A model generated the notes under the pieces. That model was not told the DNA's origin and did no database searches. It saw nothing but the letters and a program-made list of their open reading frames with translations. Made by a program: the position numbers and the translations under genes. This document shows, piece by piece, positions 1 through 12,600 of a stretch of 64,000 nucleotides of DNA. The stretch comes from Balanoglossus misakiensis (Eukaryota; Animalia; Hemichordata), in NCBI GenBank assembly GCA_040954595.2, contig CM082581.2:1666699-1730698 (forward strand), in the 5' to 3' direction. The number at the start of each line of letters is the position of its first letter. Positions within the stretch are counted from its first letter, which is position 1.

Positions 1-3000
1 ATATTATTTTTCAAAAACCGACGAAATTTTGAGATTTTGCGAAGACGAAAATTTGTCATTTTTTGATGATTTTCACCCATGATTTTTTTCAAAAATCGAC
101 GAAATGTTGAGATTTTGCAAAGTCGATAATTTGTCATTTTTTGATGATTTTCACCCATGATTTTTTTTCACAAATCGACGAAATTTTGAAATTTTGCAGT
201 CGAAAATTTGTCATTTTTTGATGATTTTTACCCATAATTTTTTTTTCAAAAAATGGACTAAATTTTGAGCTTTTGCAAAGTCGAAAATTTGTCATTTTTT
301 GATGATTTTCACCAATGTTGTTTTTAAAAAATCGACGAACCCATGATTTTTTTCAAAATCGACGAAATTGTGAGATTTTGTAAAGTCGAAAATTTTTCAT
401 TTTTTGATGATTTGCACCCATGATTTTTTTCAAAAATCGACGAAATGTTGAGATTTTGCAAAGTCGACGAAATTTTGAGATTTTGCAAATTCGAAAATTT
501 GTCATTTTTTGATGATTTTCACCCATATTATTTTTCAAAATTTGTCATTTTTTGATGATTTTCACCCATGATTTTTTTTCAGAAATCGACGAAATTTTGA
601 GATTTTGCAAAGTCGAAAATTTGTCATTTTTTGATGATTTTCACCAATGTTGTTTTTAAAAAATCGACGAACCCATGATTTTTTTCAAAATCGACGAAAT
701 TTTGAGATTTTGCAAAGTCGAAAATTTGTCATTTTTTGATGATTTTCACCCATGATTTTTTTCAAAAATCGACGAAATGTTGAGATTTTGCAAAGTCGAA
801 AATTTGTCATTTTTTGATGATTTTCTCCCATGATTTTTTTCAAAAATCGACGAAATGTTGAGATTTTGCAAAGTCGAAAATTTGTAATTTTTTGATGATT
901 TTCAACCATGATTTTTTTTTCAAAAATCGACGAAATTTTCAGATTTTGCAAAGACGAAAATTTGTCATTTTTGATGATTTTTACCCATGATTTTTTTTCA
1001 AAAATGGACGAAATTTTGAGATTTTGCAAAGTCGAAAATTTGTCATTTTTTGATGATTTTCACCCATGATTTTTTTCAAAAATCGACGAAATGTTGAGAT
1101 TTTGCAAAGTCGAAAATGTGTCATTTTTTGATGATTTTCACCCATGATTTTTTTTCAAAAATCGACGAAATTTTGAGATTTTGCAAAGTCGAAAATTTGT
1201 CATTTTTTGATGATTTTCACCAATGTTGTTTTTAAAAAATCGAAGACCCCATGATTTTTTTCAAAATCGACTAAATTTTGAGATTTTGCAAAGTCGAAAA
1301 TTTGTCATTTTTTGATGATTTTCACCCATGATTTTTTTCAAAAATCGACGAAATGTTGAGATTTTGCAAAGTCGAAAATTTGTCATTTTTTGATGATTTT
1401 CTCCCATGATTTTTTTCAAAAATCGACGAAATGTTGAGATTTTGCAAAGTCGAAAATTTGTAATTTTTTGATGATTTTCAACCATGATTTTTTTTCAAAA
1501 ATCGACGAAATTTTCAGATTTTGCAAAGACGAAAATTTGTCATTTTTGATGATTTTTACCCATGATTTTTTTTCAAAAATGGACGAAATTTTGAGATTTT
1601 GCAAAGTCAAAAATTTGTCATTTTTTGATGATTTTCACCCATGATTTTTTTCAAAAATCGACGAAATTTTGAGATTTTGCAAAGAGGAAAATTTGTCATT
1701 TTTTGATGATTTTCAACAATGATTTTTTTTCAAAATTTTGCAGTAAAAAATTTGTAATTTTTTGATGATTTTCACCGATGATTTTTTTCAAAAATCGACG
1801 AAATTTTGAGATTTTGCAAAGTCGAAAATTTGTCATTTTTTGATGATTTTCACCCATGATTTTTTTTCAAAAATCGACGAAATTTTGAGATTTTGCAAAG
1901 TCGAAAATTTGTCATTTTTCGATGATTTTCACCCATGTTTTTTTTTAAAAAATCGACGAACCTATGATTTTTTTCAAAATCGACGAAATTTTGTGATTTT
2001 ACAAAGTCGAAAATTTTGTCATTTTTTGATGATTTTCACCCATGATTTTTTTTCAAAAATCGACGAAATTTTGAGATTTTGCATAATCGAAAATGTGTCA
2101 TTTTTTGATGATTTTCACCCATGATTATTTTATCAAAAATCGACGATATTTTGCGATTTTGCAAAGTCGAAAATTTGTCATTTTTTGATGATTTTCACCC
2201 GTTTTTTTCAAAATTTGTCATTTTTTGATGATTTTCACCCATGATTTTTTTTCAAAAATCGACGAAATTTTGAGATTTTGCAAAGTCGAAAATTTGTCAT
2301 TTTTTGATGATTTTCAACCGTTTTTTTCAAAATTTGTCATATTTTGATGATTTTCACCCATGATTTTTTTTCAAAAATCGACGAAATTTTGAGATTTTGC
2401 AAAGTCGAAAATTTGTCATATTTTGATGATTTTCACCAATGTTTTTTTTTTAAAAATCGACGAACCCATGATTTTTTTCAAAATCGACGAAATTTTGAGA
2501 TTTTGCATAATCGAGAATGTGTCATTTTTTGATGATTTTCACCTATGATTTTTTCAAAAATCGACGAAATTTTGAGATTTTGCAAAGTCGAAAATTTGTC
2601 ATTTTTTGATGATTTTCACCCATGATTTTTTTTCAAAAATCGACGAAATTTTGAGATTTTGCAAAGTCGAAAATTTGTCATTTTTTGATGATTTTCACCC
2701 GTTTTTTTTTTCAAAATTTGTCATTTTTTGATGATTTTCACCCATGATTTTTTTTCAGAAATCGACGAAATTTTGAGATTTTGCAAAGTCGAAAATTTGT
2801 CATTTTTTGATGATTTTCACCAATGTTGTTTTTAAAAAATCGACGAACCCATGATTTTTTTCAAAATCGACGAAATTTTGAGATTTTGCAAAGTCGAAAA
2901 TTTGTCATTTTTTGATGATTTTCACCCATGATTTTTTTCAAAAATCGACGAAATGTTGAGATTTTGCAAAGTCGAAAATTTGTCATTTTTTGATGATTTT

Positions 3001-5997
3001 CTCCCATGATTTTTTTCAAAAATCGACGAAATGTTGAGATTTTGCAAAGTCGAAAATTTGTAATTTTTTGATGATTTTCAACCATGATTTTTTTTCAAAA
3101 ATCGACGAAATTTTCAGATTTTGCAAAGACGAAAATTTGTCATTTTTGATGATTTTTACCCATGATTTTTTTTCAAAAATGGACGAAATTTTGAGATTTT
3201 GCAAAGTCGAAAATTTGTCATTTTTTGATGATTTTCACCCATGATTTTTTTCAAAAATCGACGAAATGTTGAGATTTTGCAAAGTCGAAAATTTGTCATT
3301 TTTTGATGATTTTCACCCATGTTTTTTTTTTTAAATCGACGAACCTATGATTTTTTTTCAAAATCGACGAAATTGTGTGATTTTGCAAAGTCGAAAATTT
3401 GTCATTTTTTGATGATTTTCACCCGTTTTTTTTCAAAATTTGTCATTTTTTGATGATTTTCACCCATGATTTTTTTTCAAAAATCGACGAAATTTTGAGA
3501 TTTTGCAAAGTCGAACATGTGTCATTTTTTGATGATTTTCACCCATGATTTTTTCTAAAATTGACGAAATTTTGAGATTTTGCAAAGTCGAAAATTTGTC
3601 ATTTTTTGATGATTTTCACCCATGATTTTTTTCAAAAATCGACGAAATGTTGAGATTTTGCAAAGTCGAAAATTTGTCATTTTTTGATGATTTTCACCCA
3701 TGTTTTTTTTTTTTAAATCGACGAACCTATGATTTTTTTTCAAAATCGACGAAATTGTGTGATTATGCAAAGTCGAAAATGTTGTCATTTTTGATGATTT
3801 TCACCCATGATTTTTTTTCAAAAATCGACGAAATTTTGAGATTTTGCAAAGTCGAAAATGTGTCATTTTTTGATGATTTTCACCCATGATTTTTTCTAAA
3901 ATTGACGAAATTTTGAGATTTTGCAAAGTCGAAAATTTGTCATTTTTTGATGATTTTCACCCATGATTTTTTTCAAAAATCGACGAAATGTTGAGATTTT
4001 GCAAAGTCGAAAATTTGTCATTTTTTGATGATTTTCACCCATGTTTTTTTTTTTTAAATCGACAAACCTATGATTTTTTTTTCAAAATCGACGAAATTGT
4101 GTGATTTTGCAAAGTCGAAAATTTTGTCATTTTTTGATGATTTTCAACCATGATTTTTTTTCAAAAATCGACGAAATTGTGAGATTTTGTAAAGTCGAAA
4201 ATTTGTCATTTTTTGATGATTTTCACCCATGATTTTTTTCAAAAATCGACGAAATGTTGAGATTTTGCAAAGTCGAAAATTTGTCATTTTTTGATGATTT
4301 TCACCCATGTTTTTTTTTAAAAAAATCGACGAACCTATGATTTTTTTCAAAATCGACGAAATTTTGTGATTTTGCAAAGTCTAAAATTTTGTCATTTTTT
4401 GATGATTTTCAACCATATTATTTTTCAAAAACCGACGAAATTTTGAGATTTTGCGAAGACGAAAATTTGTCATTTTTTGATGATTTTCACCCATGATTTT
4501 TTTCAAAAATCGACGAAATGTTGAGATTTTGCAAAGTCGATAATTTGTCATTTTTTGATGATTTTCACCCATGATTTTTTTTCACAAATCGACGAAATTT
4601 TGAAATTTTGCAGTCGAAAATTTGTCATTTTTTGATGATTTTTACCCATAATTTTTTTTTCAAAAAATGGACTAAATTTTGAGCTTTTGCAAAGTCGAAA
4701 ATTTGTCATTTTTTGATGATTTTCACCAATGTTGTTTTTAAAAAATCGACGAACCCATGATTTTTTTCAAAATCGACGAAATTGTGAGATTTTGTAAAGT
4801 CGAAAATTTTTCATTTTTTGATGATTTGCACCCATGATTTTTTTCAAAAATCGACGAAATGTTGAGATTTTGCAAAGTCGACGAAATTTTGAGATTTTGC
4901 AAAGTCGAAAATTTGTCATTTTTTGATGATTTTCACCCATATTATTTTTCAAAAACCGACGAAATTTTGAGATTTTGCAAAGTCGAAAATTTGTCATTTT
5001 TTGATGATTTTCACCCATGATTTTTTTCAAAAATCGACGAAATTTTGAGATTTTGCAAATTCGAAAATTTGTAATTTTTTGATGATTTTCATCCATGATT
5101 TTTTTTTTAAAATCGACGAAATTTTGAGATTTTGCAAAGTCGAAAATTTGTCATTTTTTGATGATTTTCACCAATGTTGTTTTTAAAAAATCGACGAACC
5201 CATGATTTTTTTCAAAATCGACGAAATTTTGAGATTTTGCAAAGTCGAAAATTTGTCATTTTTTGATGATTTTCAACCATTATTTTTTTTCAAAAATCGA
5301 CGAAATTTTGAGATTTTGCAGTCAAAAATTTGTCATTTTTTGATGATTTTCACCCATATTATTTTTCAAAAACCGACGAAATTTTGAAATTTTGCAGTCG
5401 AAAATTTGTCATTTTTTGATGATTTTCACCCATATTATTTTTCAAAAACCGACGAAATTTTGAAATTTTGCAGTCGAAAATTTGTCATTTTTTGATGATT
5501 TTCACCCATGATTTTTTTTTAAAAATCGACGAAATTTTGAGATTTTGCAAAGTCGAAAATTTGTCATTTTTTGATGATTTTCACCAATGTTGTTTTTAAA
5601 AAATCGACGAACCCATGATTTTTTTCAAAATCGACGAAATTTTGAGATTTTGCAAAGTCGAAAATTTGTCATTTTTTGATGATTTTCAACCATTATTTTT
5701 TTTCAAAAATCGACGAAATTTTGAGATTTTGCAGTCAAAAATTTGTCATTTTTTGATGATTTTCACCCATATTATTTTTCAAAAACCGACGAAATGTTGA
5801 GATTTTGCAGTCGAAAATTTGTCATTTTTTGATGATTTTTACCCATGATTTTTTTTCAAAAATGGACTAAATTTTGAGCTTTTGTAATGTCGGAAATTTT
5901 TCATTTTTTGATGATTTTCACCCATGATTTTTTTCAAAAATCGACGAAATTTTGAGATTTTGCAAAGTCGAAAATTTGTCATTTTTTGATGATTTTC
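1..5997. repeat. Satellite A, 78-bp AT-rich tandem monomer (open at window start)
   Basis: The consensus TCGACGAAATTTTGAGATTTTGCAAAGTCGAAAATTTGTCATTTTTTGATGATTTTCACCCATGATTTTTTTCAAAAA recurs at 78-bp spacing (e.g. 691 and 769). Minus-strand ORFs show a 26-aa period. Longer (~105 bp) and shorter (~40 bp) variant monomers are interspersed. Confidence 0.97.
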
Positions 5998-6624
5998 GTG
6001 AGCCGTAACCCATGATTTTTTTCAAAAAATGCATCAATTTAGAACTTTTGCAAAGTCGGAAAATTAGCATTTTTGGACGATTTTCGTGAGCCGTGACCCA
6101 TGATTTTTTTCAAAAAATGCAGAAATTTAGAACTTTCGCAAAGTAGAAAAATTGTCATTTTTGGACGATTTTCGTGAGCCGTAACCCATGATTTTTTTTC
6201 AAAAAATGCAGAAATTTAGAACTTTCGCAAAGTCAAAAAATTTTCATTTTTGGACGATTTTCGTGACCCATGACCCATGATTTTTTTCGAAAAATGCAGA
6301 AATTTTGAACTTTCGCAAAGTCGAAAAATTGTTATATTTGGACGATTTTCGTGAGCCGTAACCCTTGATTTTTTTCAAAAAATGCAGAAATTTAGAACTT
6401 TCGAAAAGTCGAAAAATTGTCATTTTTGGACGATTTTCGTGAGCCGTAACCCATGATTTTTTTCCAAAAATGCAGAAATTTTGAACTTTCGCAAAGTCGA
6501 AAAATTGTCATTTTAGAACGATTTTCGTGAGCCGTAACCCATGATTTTTTTCCAAAAATGCAGAAATTTTGAACTTTCGCAAAGTCGAAAAATTGTCATG
6601 TTTGGACGATTTTCGTGAGCCGTA
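5998..6624. repeat. Satellite B, 88-bp monomer, ~7 copies in the same orientation as satellite A
   Basis: CGTGAGCCGTAACCCATG recurs at 88-bp spacing (6438 and 6526). The first GTGAGCCGTA appears at 5998. Confidence 0.95.
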
Positions 6625-9600
6625 ATCGTCCAAAAATGAGAATTTTTCGACTTTGCGAACGTTCAAAATTTCTTCATTTTTTGAAAAAAATCTTGGGTTA
6701 CGGCTCAAGAAAATCGTCCAAAAATGAAAATTTTTCTACTTTGCGAAAGTTCAAAATTTCTGCATTTTTTGAAAAAAAAAGTGGGTCACGGCTCACGAAA
6801 TTCGTCCAAAAATGACAATTTTTCTACTTTGCATAAGTTCAAAATTTCTTCATTTTTTGAAAAAAATCTTGGGTTACGGCTCACGTAAATCGTCCAAAAA
6901 TTACAATTTTTCGACTTTGCAAAAGTTCAAAATTTCTGCATTTTTTGAAAAAAAATCATGGGTCATGGCTCACGAAAATCGTCCAAAAATGAAAATGTTT
7001 CGACTTTGCAAAAGTGTCCAAAAATGCAAATATTTCGACTTTGCGAAAGTTCAAAATTTCTGCATTTTTTGTAAAAAAATCAAGGGTTACGGCTCACGAA
7101 AATCGTCCAAAAATGACAATTTTTCGACTTTGCGAAAGTTCAAAATTTCTTCATTTTTTGAAAAAAATCATGCGTTACGGCTCACGAAAATCGTCTAAAA
7201 ATGACAATTTTTCGACTGCGAAAGTTCAAAATTGCTGCATTTAAAAAAAAAAAATCATGGGTCACGGCTCACGAAAAGCGTCCAAAAATGACAATTTTTC
7301 GACTTTGCGAACGTTCAAAATTTCTTCATTTTTTGAAAAAAATCTTGGGTTACGGCTCAAGAAAATCGTCCAAAAATGAAAATTTTTCTACTTTGCGAAA
7401 GTTCAAAATTTCTGCATTTTTAAAAAAAAATCATTGGTTATGGCTCACGAAAATCGTCCAAAAATGCCAATTTTTCGACTTTGCAAAATCGTCCAAAAAT
7501 TACATTTTTTCGACTTTGCGAACGTTCAAAATTTCTTCATTTTTTGAAAAAAATCTTGGGTTACGGCTCACGAAAATCGTCCAAAAATGACAATTTTTCG
7601 ACTTTGCGAAAGTTCAAAATTTCTGCATTTTTTGAAAAAAATCATGGGTTACGGCTCACGAAAATCGTCCAAAAATGCCAATTTTTCGACTTTGCAAAAG
7701 TGTCCAAAAATGCCAATTTTTCTACTTTGCGAAAGTTCAAAATTTTTGCATTTTTTGAAAAAAAATCATGGGTTACGGCTCATGAAAATCGTTCAAAAAA
7801 GACAATTTTTGGACTTTGCGAAAGTTCAAAATTTCTGCATTTTTTAAAACAAATCGGGGTTACGGCTCACGAAATTCGTCCAAATATGACAATTTTTCTA
7901 CTTTGCGAAAGTTCAAAATTTTCTTCATTTTTTGTAAAAAATCATAGGTTACGGCTCACGAAAATCGTCTAAAAGTGAAAATTTTTCGACTTTGCGAAAG
8001 TTCAAAATTTCTGCATTTTTTGAAAAAAATCTTGGGTTACGGCTCACGTAAATCGTCCAAAAATTACAATTTTTCGACTTTGCAAAAGTTCAAAATTTCT
8101 GCATTTTTTGAAAAAAAATCATGGGTCATGGCTCACGAAAATCGTCCAAAAATGAAAATGTTTCGACTTTGCAAAAGTGTCCAAAAATGCCAATATTTCG
8201 ACTTTGCGAAAGTTCAAAATTTCTGCATTTTTTGTAAAAAAATCAAGGGTTACGGCTCACGAAAATCGTCCAAAAATGACAATTTTTCGACTTTGCGAAA
8301 GTTCAAAATTTCTTCATTTTTTGAAAAAAATCATGCGTTACGGCTCACGAAAATCGTCTAAAAATGACAATTTTTCGACTGCGAAAGTTCAAAATTGCTG
8401 CATTTAAAAAAAAAAAATCATGGGTCACGGCTCACGAAAAGCGTCCAAAAATGACAATTTTTCGACTTTGCGAACGTTCAAAATTTCTTCATTTTTTGAA
8501 AAAAATCTTGGGTTACGGCTCAAGAAAATCGTCCAAAAATGAAAATTTTTCTACTTTGCGAAAGTTCAAAATTTCTGCATTTTTAAAAAAAATCATTGGT
8601 TATGGCTCACGAAAATCGTCCAAAAATGCCAATTTTTCGACTTTGCAAAATCGTCCAAAAATTACATTTTTTCGACTTTGCGAACGTTCAAAATTTCTTC
8701 ATTTTTTGAAAAAAATCTTGGGTTACGGCTCACGAAAATCGTCCAAAAATGACAATTTTTCGACTTTGCGAAAGTTCAAAATTTCTGCATTTTTTGAAAA
8801 AAATCATGGGTTACGGCTCACGAAAATCGTCCAAAAATGCCAATTTTTCGACTTTGCAAAAGTGTCCAAAAATGCCAATTTTTCTACTTTGCGAAAGTTC
8901 AAAATTTTTGCATTTTTTGAAAAAAAATCATGGGTTACGGCTCATGAAAATCGTTCAAAAAAGACAATTTTTGGACTTTGCGAAAGTTCAAAATTTCTGC
9001 ATTTTTTAAAACAAATCGGGGTTACGGCTCACGAAATTCGTCCAAATATGACAATTTTTCTACTTTGCGAAAGTTCAAAATTTTCTTCATTTTTTGTAAA
9101 AAATCATGGGTTACGGCTCACGAAAATCGTCTAAAAGTGAAAATTTTTCGACTTTGCGAAAGTTCAAAATTTCTGCATTTTTTGAAAAAAAGCATGGGTT
9201 ACGGCACACGAAAATCGTCCAAAAATGACAATTTTTCGACTTTGCATAAGTTCAAAATTTCTGCATTTTTTGAAAAAAATCATGGGTCACGGCTCACGAA
9301 ATTCGTCCAAAAATGACAATTTTTCGACTTTGCATAAGTTCAAAATTTCTTCATTTTCTGAAAAAAATCATGGGTTACGGCTCACGAAAATCGTCCAAAA
9401 ATTACAATTTTTCGACTATGCGAAAGTTCAAAATTTCTGCATTTTTTGAAAAAAATCATGGGTTACGGCTCACGAAAATCGTCCAAAAATAACAATTTTT
9501 CGACTTTGCGAAAGTTCAAAATTTCTGCATTTTTTGAAAAAAATCATAGGTTACGGCTCACGAAAATCGTCCAAAAATGACAATTTTTCTACTTTGCGAA

Positions 9601-12600
9601 AGTTCAAAATTTCTTCATTTTCTGAAACAAATCATGGGTTACGGCTCACGAAAATCGTCCAAAAATGCCAATATTTCGACTTTGCAAAATCGTCCAAAAA
9701 TTACAATTTTTCGACTTTGCGAACGTTCAAAATTTCTTCATTTTTTTAAAAAAAATCTTGGTACGGCTCACGAAAATCGTCCAAAAATGACAATTTTTCG
9801 ACTTTGCAAAAGTGTCCAAAAATGCCAATTTTTCTACTTTGCGAAAGTTCAAAATTTCTACATTTTTTGAAAAAAAATCATGGGTTACGGCTCATGAAAA
9901 TCGTTCAAAAAAGACAATTTTTGGACTTTGCGAAAGTTCAAAATTTCTGCATTTTTTAAAACAAATCGGGGTTACGGCTCACGAAATTCGTCCAAATATG
10001 ACAATTTTTCTAGTTTGCGAAAGTTCAAAATTTTCTTCATTTTTTTGTAAAAAATCATGGGTTACGGCTCCCGAAAATTGTCTAAAAGTGAAAATTTTTC
10101 GACTTTGCGAAAGTTCAAAATTTCTGCATTTTTTGAAAAAAATCATGGGTCACGGCTCACGAAATTCGTCCAAAAATGACAATTTTTCGACTTTGCATAA
10201 GTTCAAAATTTCTTCATTTTTTGAAAAAAATCATGGGTTACGGCTCACGAAAATCGTCCAAAAATTACAATTTTTCGACTATGCGAAAGTTCAAAATTTC
10301 TGCATTTTTTGAAAAAAATCATGGGTTACGGCTCACGAAAATCGTCCAAAAATGACAATTTTTCGACTTTGCGAAAGTTAAAAATTTCTGCATTTTTTGA
10401 AAAAAATCATAGGTTACGGCTCACGAAAATCGTCCAAAAATGACAATTTTTCTACTTTGCGAAAGTTCAAAATTTCTTTATTTTCTGAAACAAATCATGG
10501 GTTACGGCTCACGAAAATCGTCCAAAAATGCCAATTTTTCGACTTTGCAAAAGTGTCCAAAAATGCCAATTTTTAGACTTTGCGAAAGTTCTATATTTCT
10601 TCATTTTTTGAAAAAAATCATGGGTTACGGCTCACGAAAATCGTCCAAAAATGAAAATTTTTCTACTTTGCGAAAGTTCAAAATTTCTGCATTTTTAAAA
10701 AAAAATCATTGGTTATGGCTCACGAAAATCGTCCAAAAATGCCAATTTTTCGACTTTGCAAAATCGTCCAAAAATTACATTTTTTCGACTTTGCGAACGT
10801 TCAAAATTTCTTCATTTTTTGAAAAAAATCTTGGGTTACGGCTCACGAAAATCGTCCAAAAATGACAATTTTTCGACTTTGCGAAAGTTCAAAATTTCTG
10901 CATTTTTTGAAAAAAATCATGGGTTACGGCTCACGAAAATCGTCCAAAAATGCCAATTTTTCGACTTTGCAAAAGTGTCCAAAAATGCCAATTTTTCTAC
11001 TTTGCGAAAGTTCAAAATTTTTGCATTTTTTGAAAAAAAATCATGGGTTACGGCTCATGAAAATCGTTCAAAAAAGACAATTTTTGGACTTTGCGAAAGT
11101 TCAAAATTTCTGCATTTTTTAAAACAAATCGGGGTTACGGCTCACGAAATTCGTCCAAATATGACAATTTTTCTACTTTGCGAAAGTTCAAAATTTTCTT
11201 CATTTTTTGTAAAAAATCATGGGTTACGGCTCACGAAAATCGTCTAAAAGTGAAAATTTTTCGACTTTGCGAAAGTTCAAAATTTCTGCATTTTTTGAAA
11301 AAAAGCATGGGTTACGGCTCACGAAAATCGTCCAAAAATGACAATTTTTCGACTTTGCATAAGTTCAAAATTTCTGCATTTTTTGAAAAAAATCATGGGT
11401 CACGGCTCACGAAATTCGTCCAAAATGACAATTTTTCGACTTTGCATAAGTTCAAAATTTCTTCATTTTCTGAAAAAAATCATGGGTTACGGCTCACGAA
11501 AATCGTCCAAAAATTACAATTTTTCGACTATGCGAAAGTTCAAAATTTCTGCATTTTTTGAAAAAAATCATGGGTTACGGCTCACGAAAATCGTCCAAAA
11601 ATGACAATTTTTCGACTTTGCGAAAGTTCAAAATTTCTGCATTTTTTGAAAAAAATCATAGGTTACGGCTCACGAAAATCGTCCAAAAATGACAATTTTT
11701 CTACTTTGCGAAAGTTCAAAATTTCTTCATTTTCTGAAACAAATCATGGGGTACGGCTCACGAAAATCGTCCAAAAATGCCAATATTTCGACTTTGCAAA
11801 ATCGTCCAAAAATTACAATTTTTCGACTTTGCGAACGTTCAAAATTTCTTCATTTTTTGAAAAAAAATCTTGGTACGGCTCACGAAAATCGTCCAAAAAT
11901 GACAATTTTTCGACTTTGCAAAAGTGTCCAAAAATGCCAATTTTTCTACTTTGCGAAAGTTAAAAATTTCTACATTTTTTGAAAAAAAATCATGGGTTAC
12001 GGCTCATGAAAATCGTTCAAAAAAGACAATTTTTGGACTTTGCGAAAGTTCAAAATTTCTGCATTTTTTAAAACAAATCGGGGTTACGGCTCACGAAATT
12101 CGTCCAAATATGACAATTTTTCTAGTTTGCGAAAGTTCAAAATTTTCTTCATTTTTTTGTAAAAAATCATGGGTTACGGCTCCCGAAAATCGTCTAAAAG
12201 TGAAAATTTTTCGACTTTGCGAAAGTTCAAAATTTCTGCATTTTTTGAAAAAAAAAGCACGGGTTACGGCTCACGAAAATCGTCCAAAAATGACAATTTT
12301 TCGACTTTGCATAAGTTCAAAATTTCTGCATTTTTTGAAAAAAATCATGGGTCACGGCTCACGAAATTCGTCCAAAAATGACAATTTTTCGACTTTGCAT
12401 AAGTTCAAAATTTCTTCATTTTTTGAAAAAAATCTTGGGTTACGGCTCACGAAAATCGTCCAAAAATTACAATTTTTCGACTTTGCAAAAGTTCAAAATT
12501 TCTGCATTTTTTGAAAAAAATCATGGGTCACGGCTCACGAAAATCGTCCAAAAATGAAAATTTTTCGACTTTGCGAAAGTTCAAAATTTCTGCATTTTTT

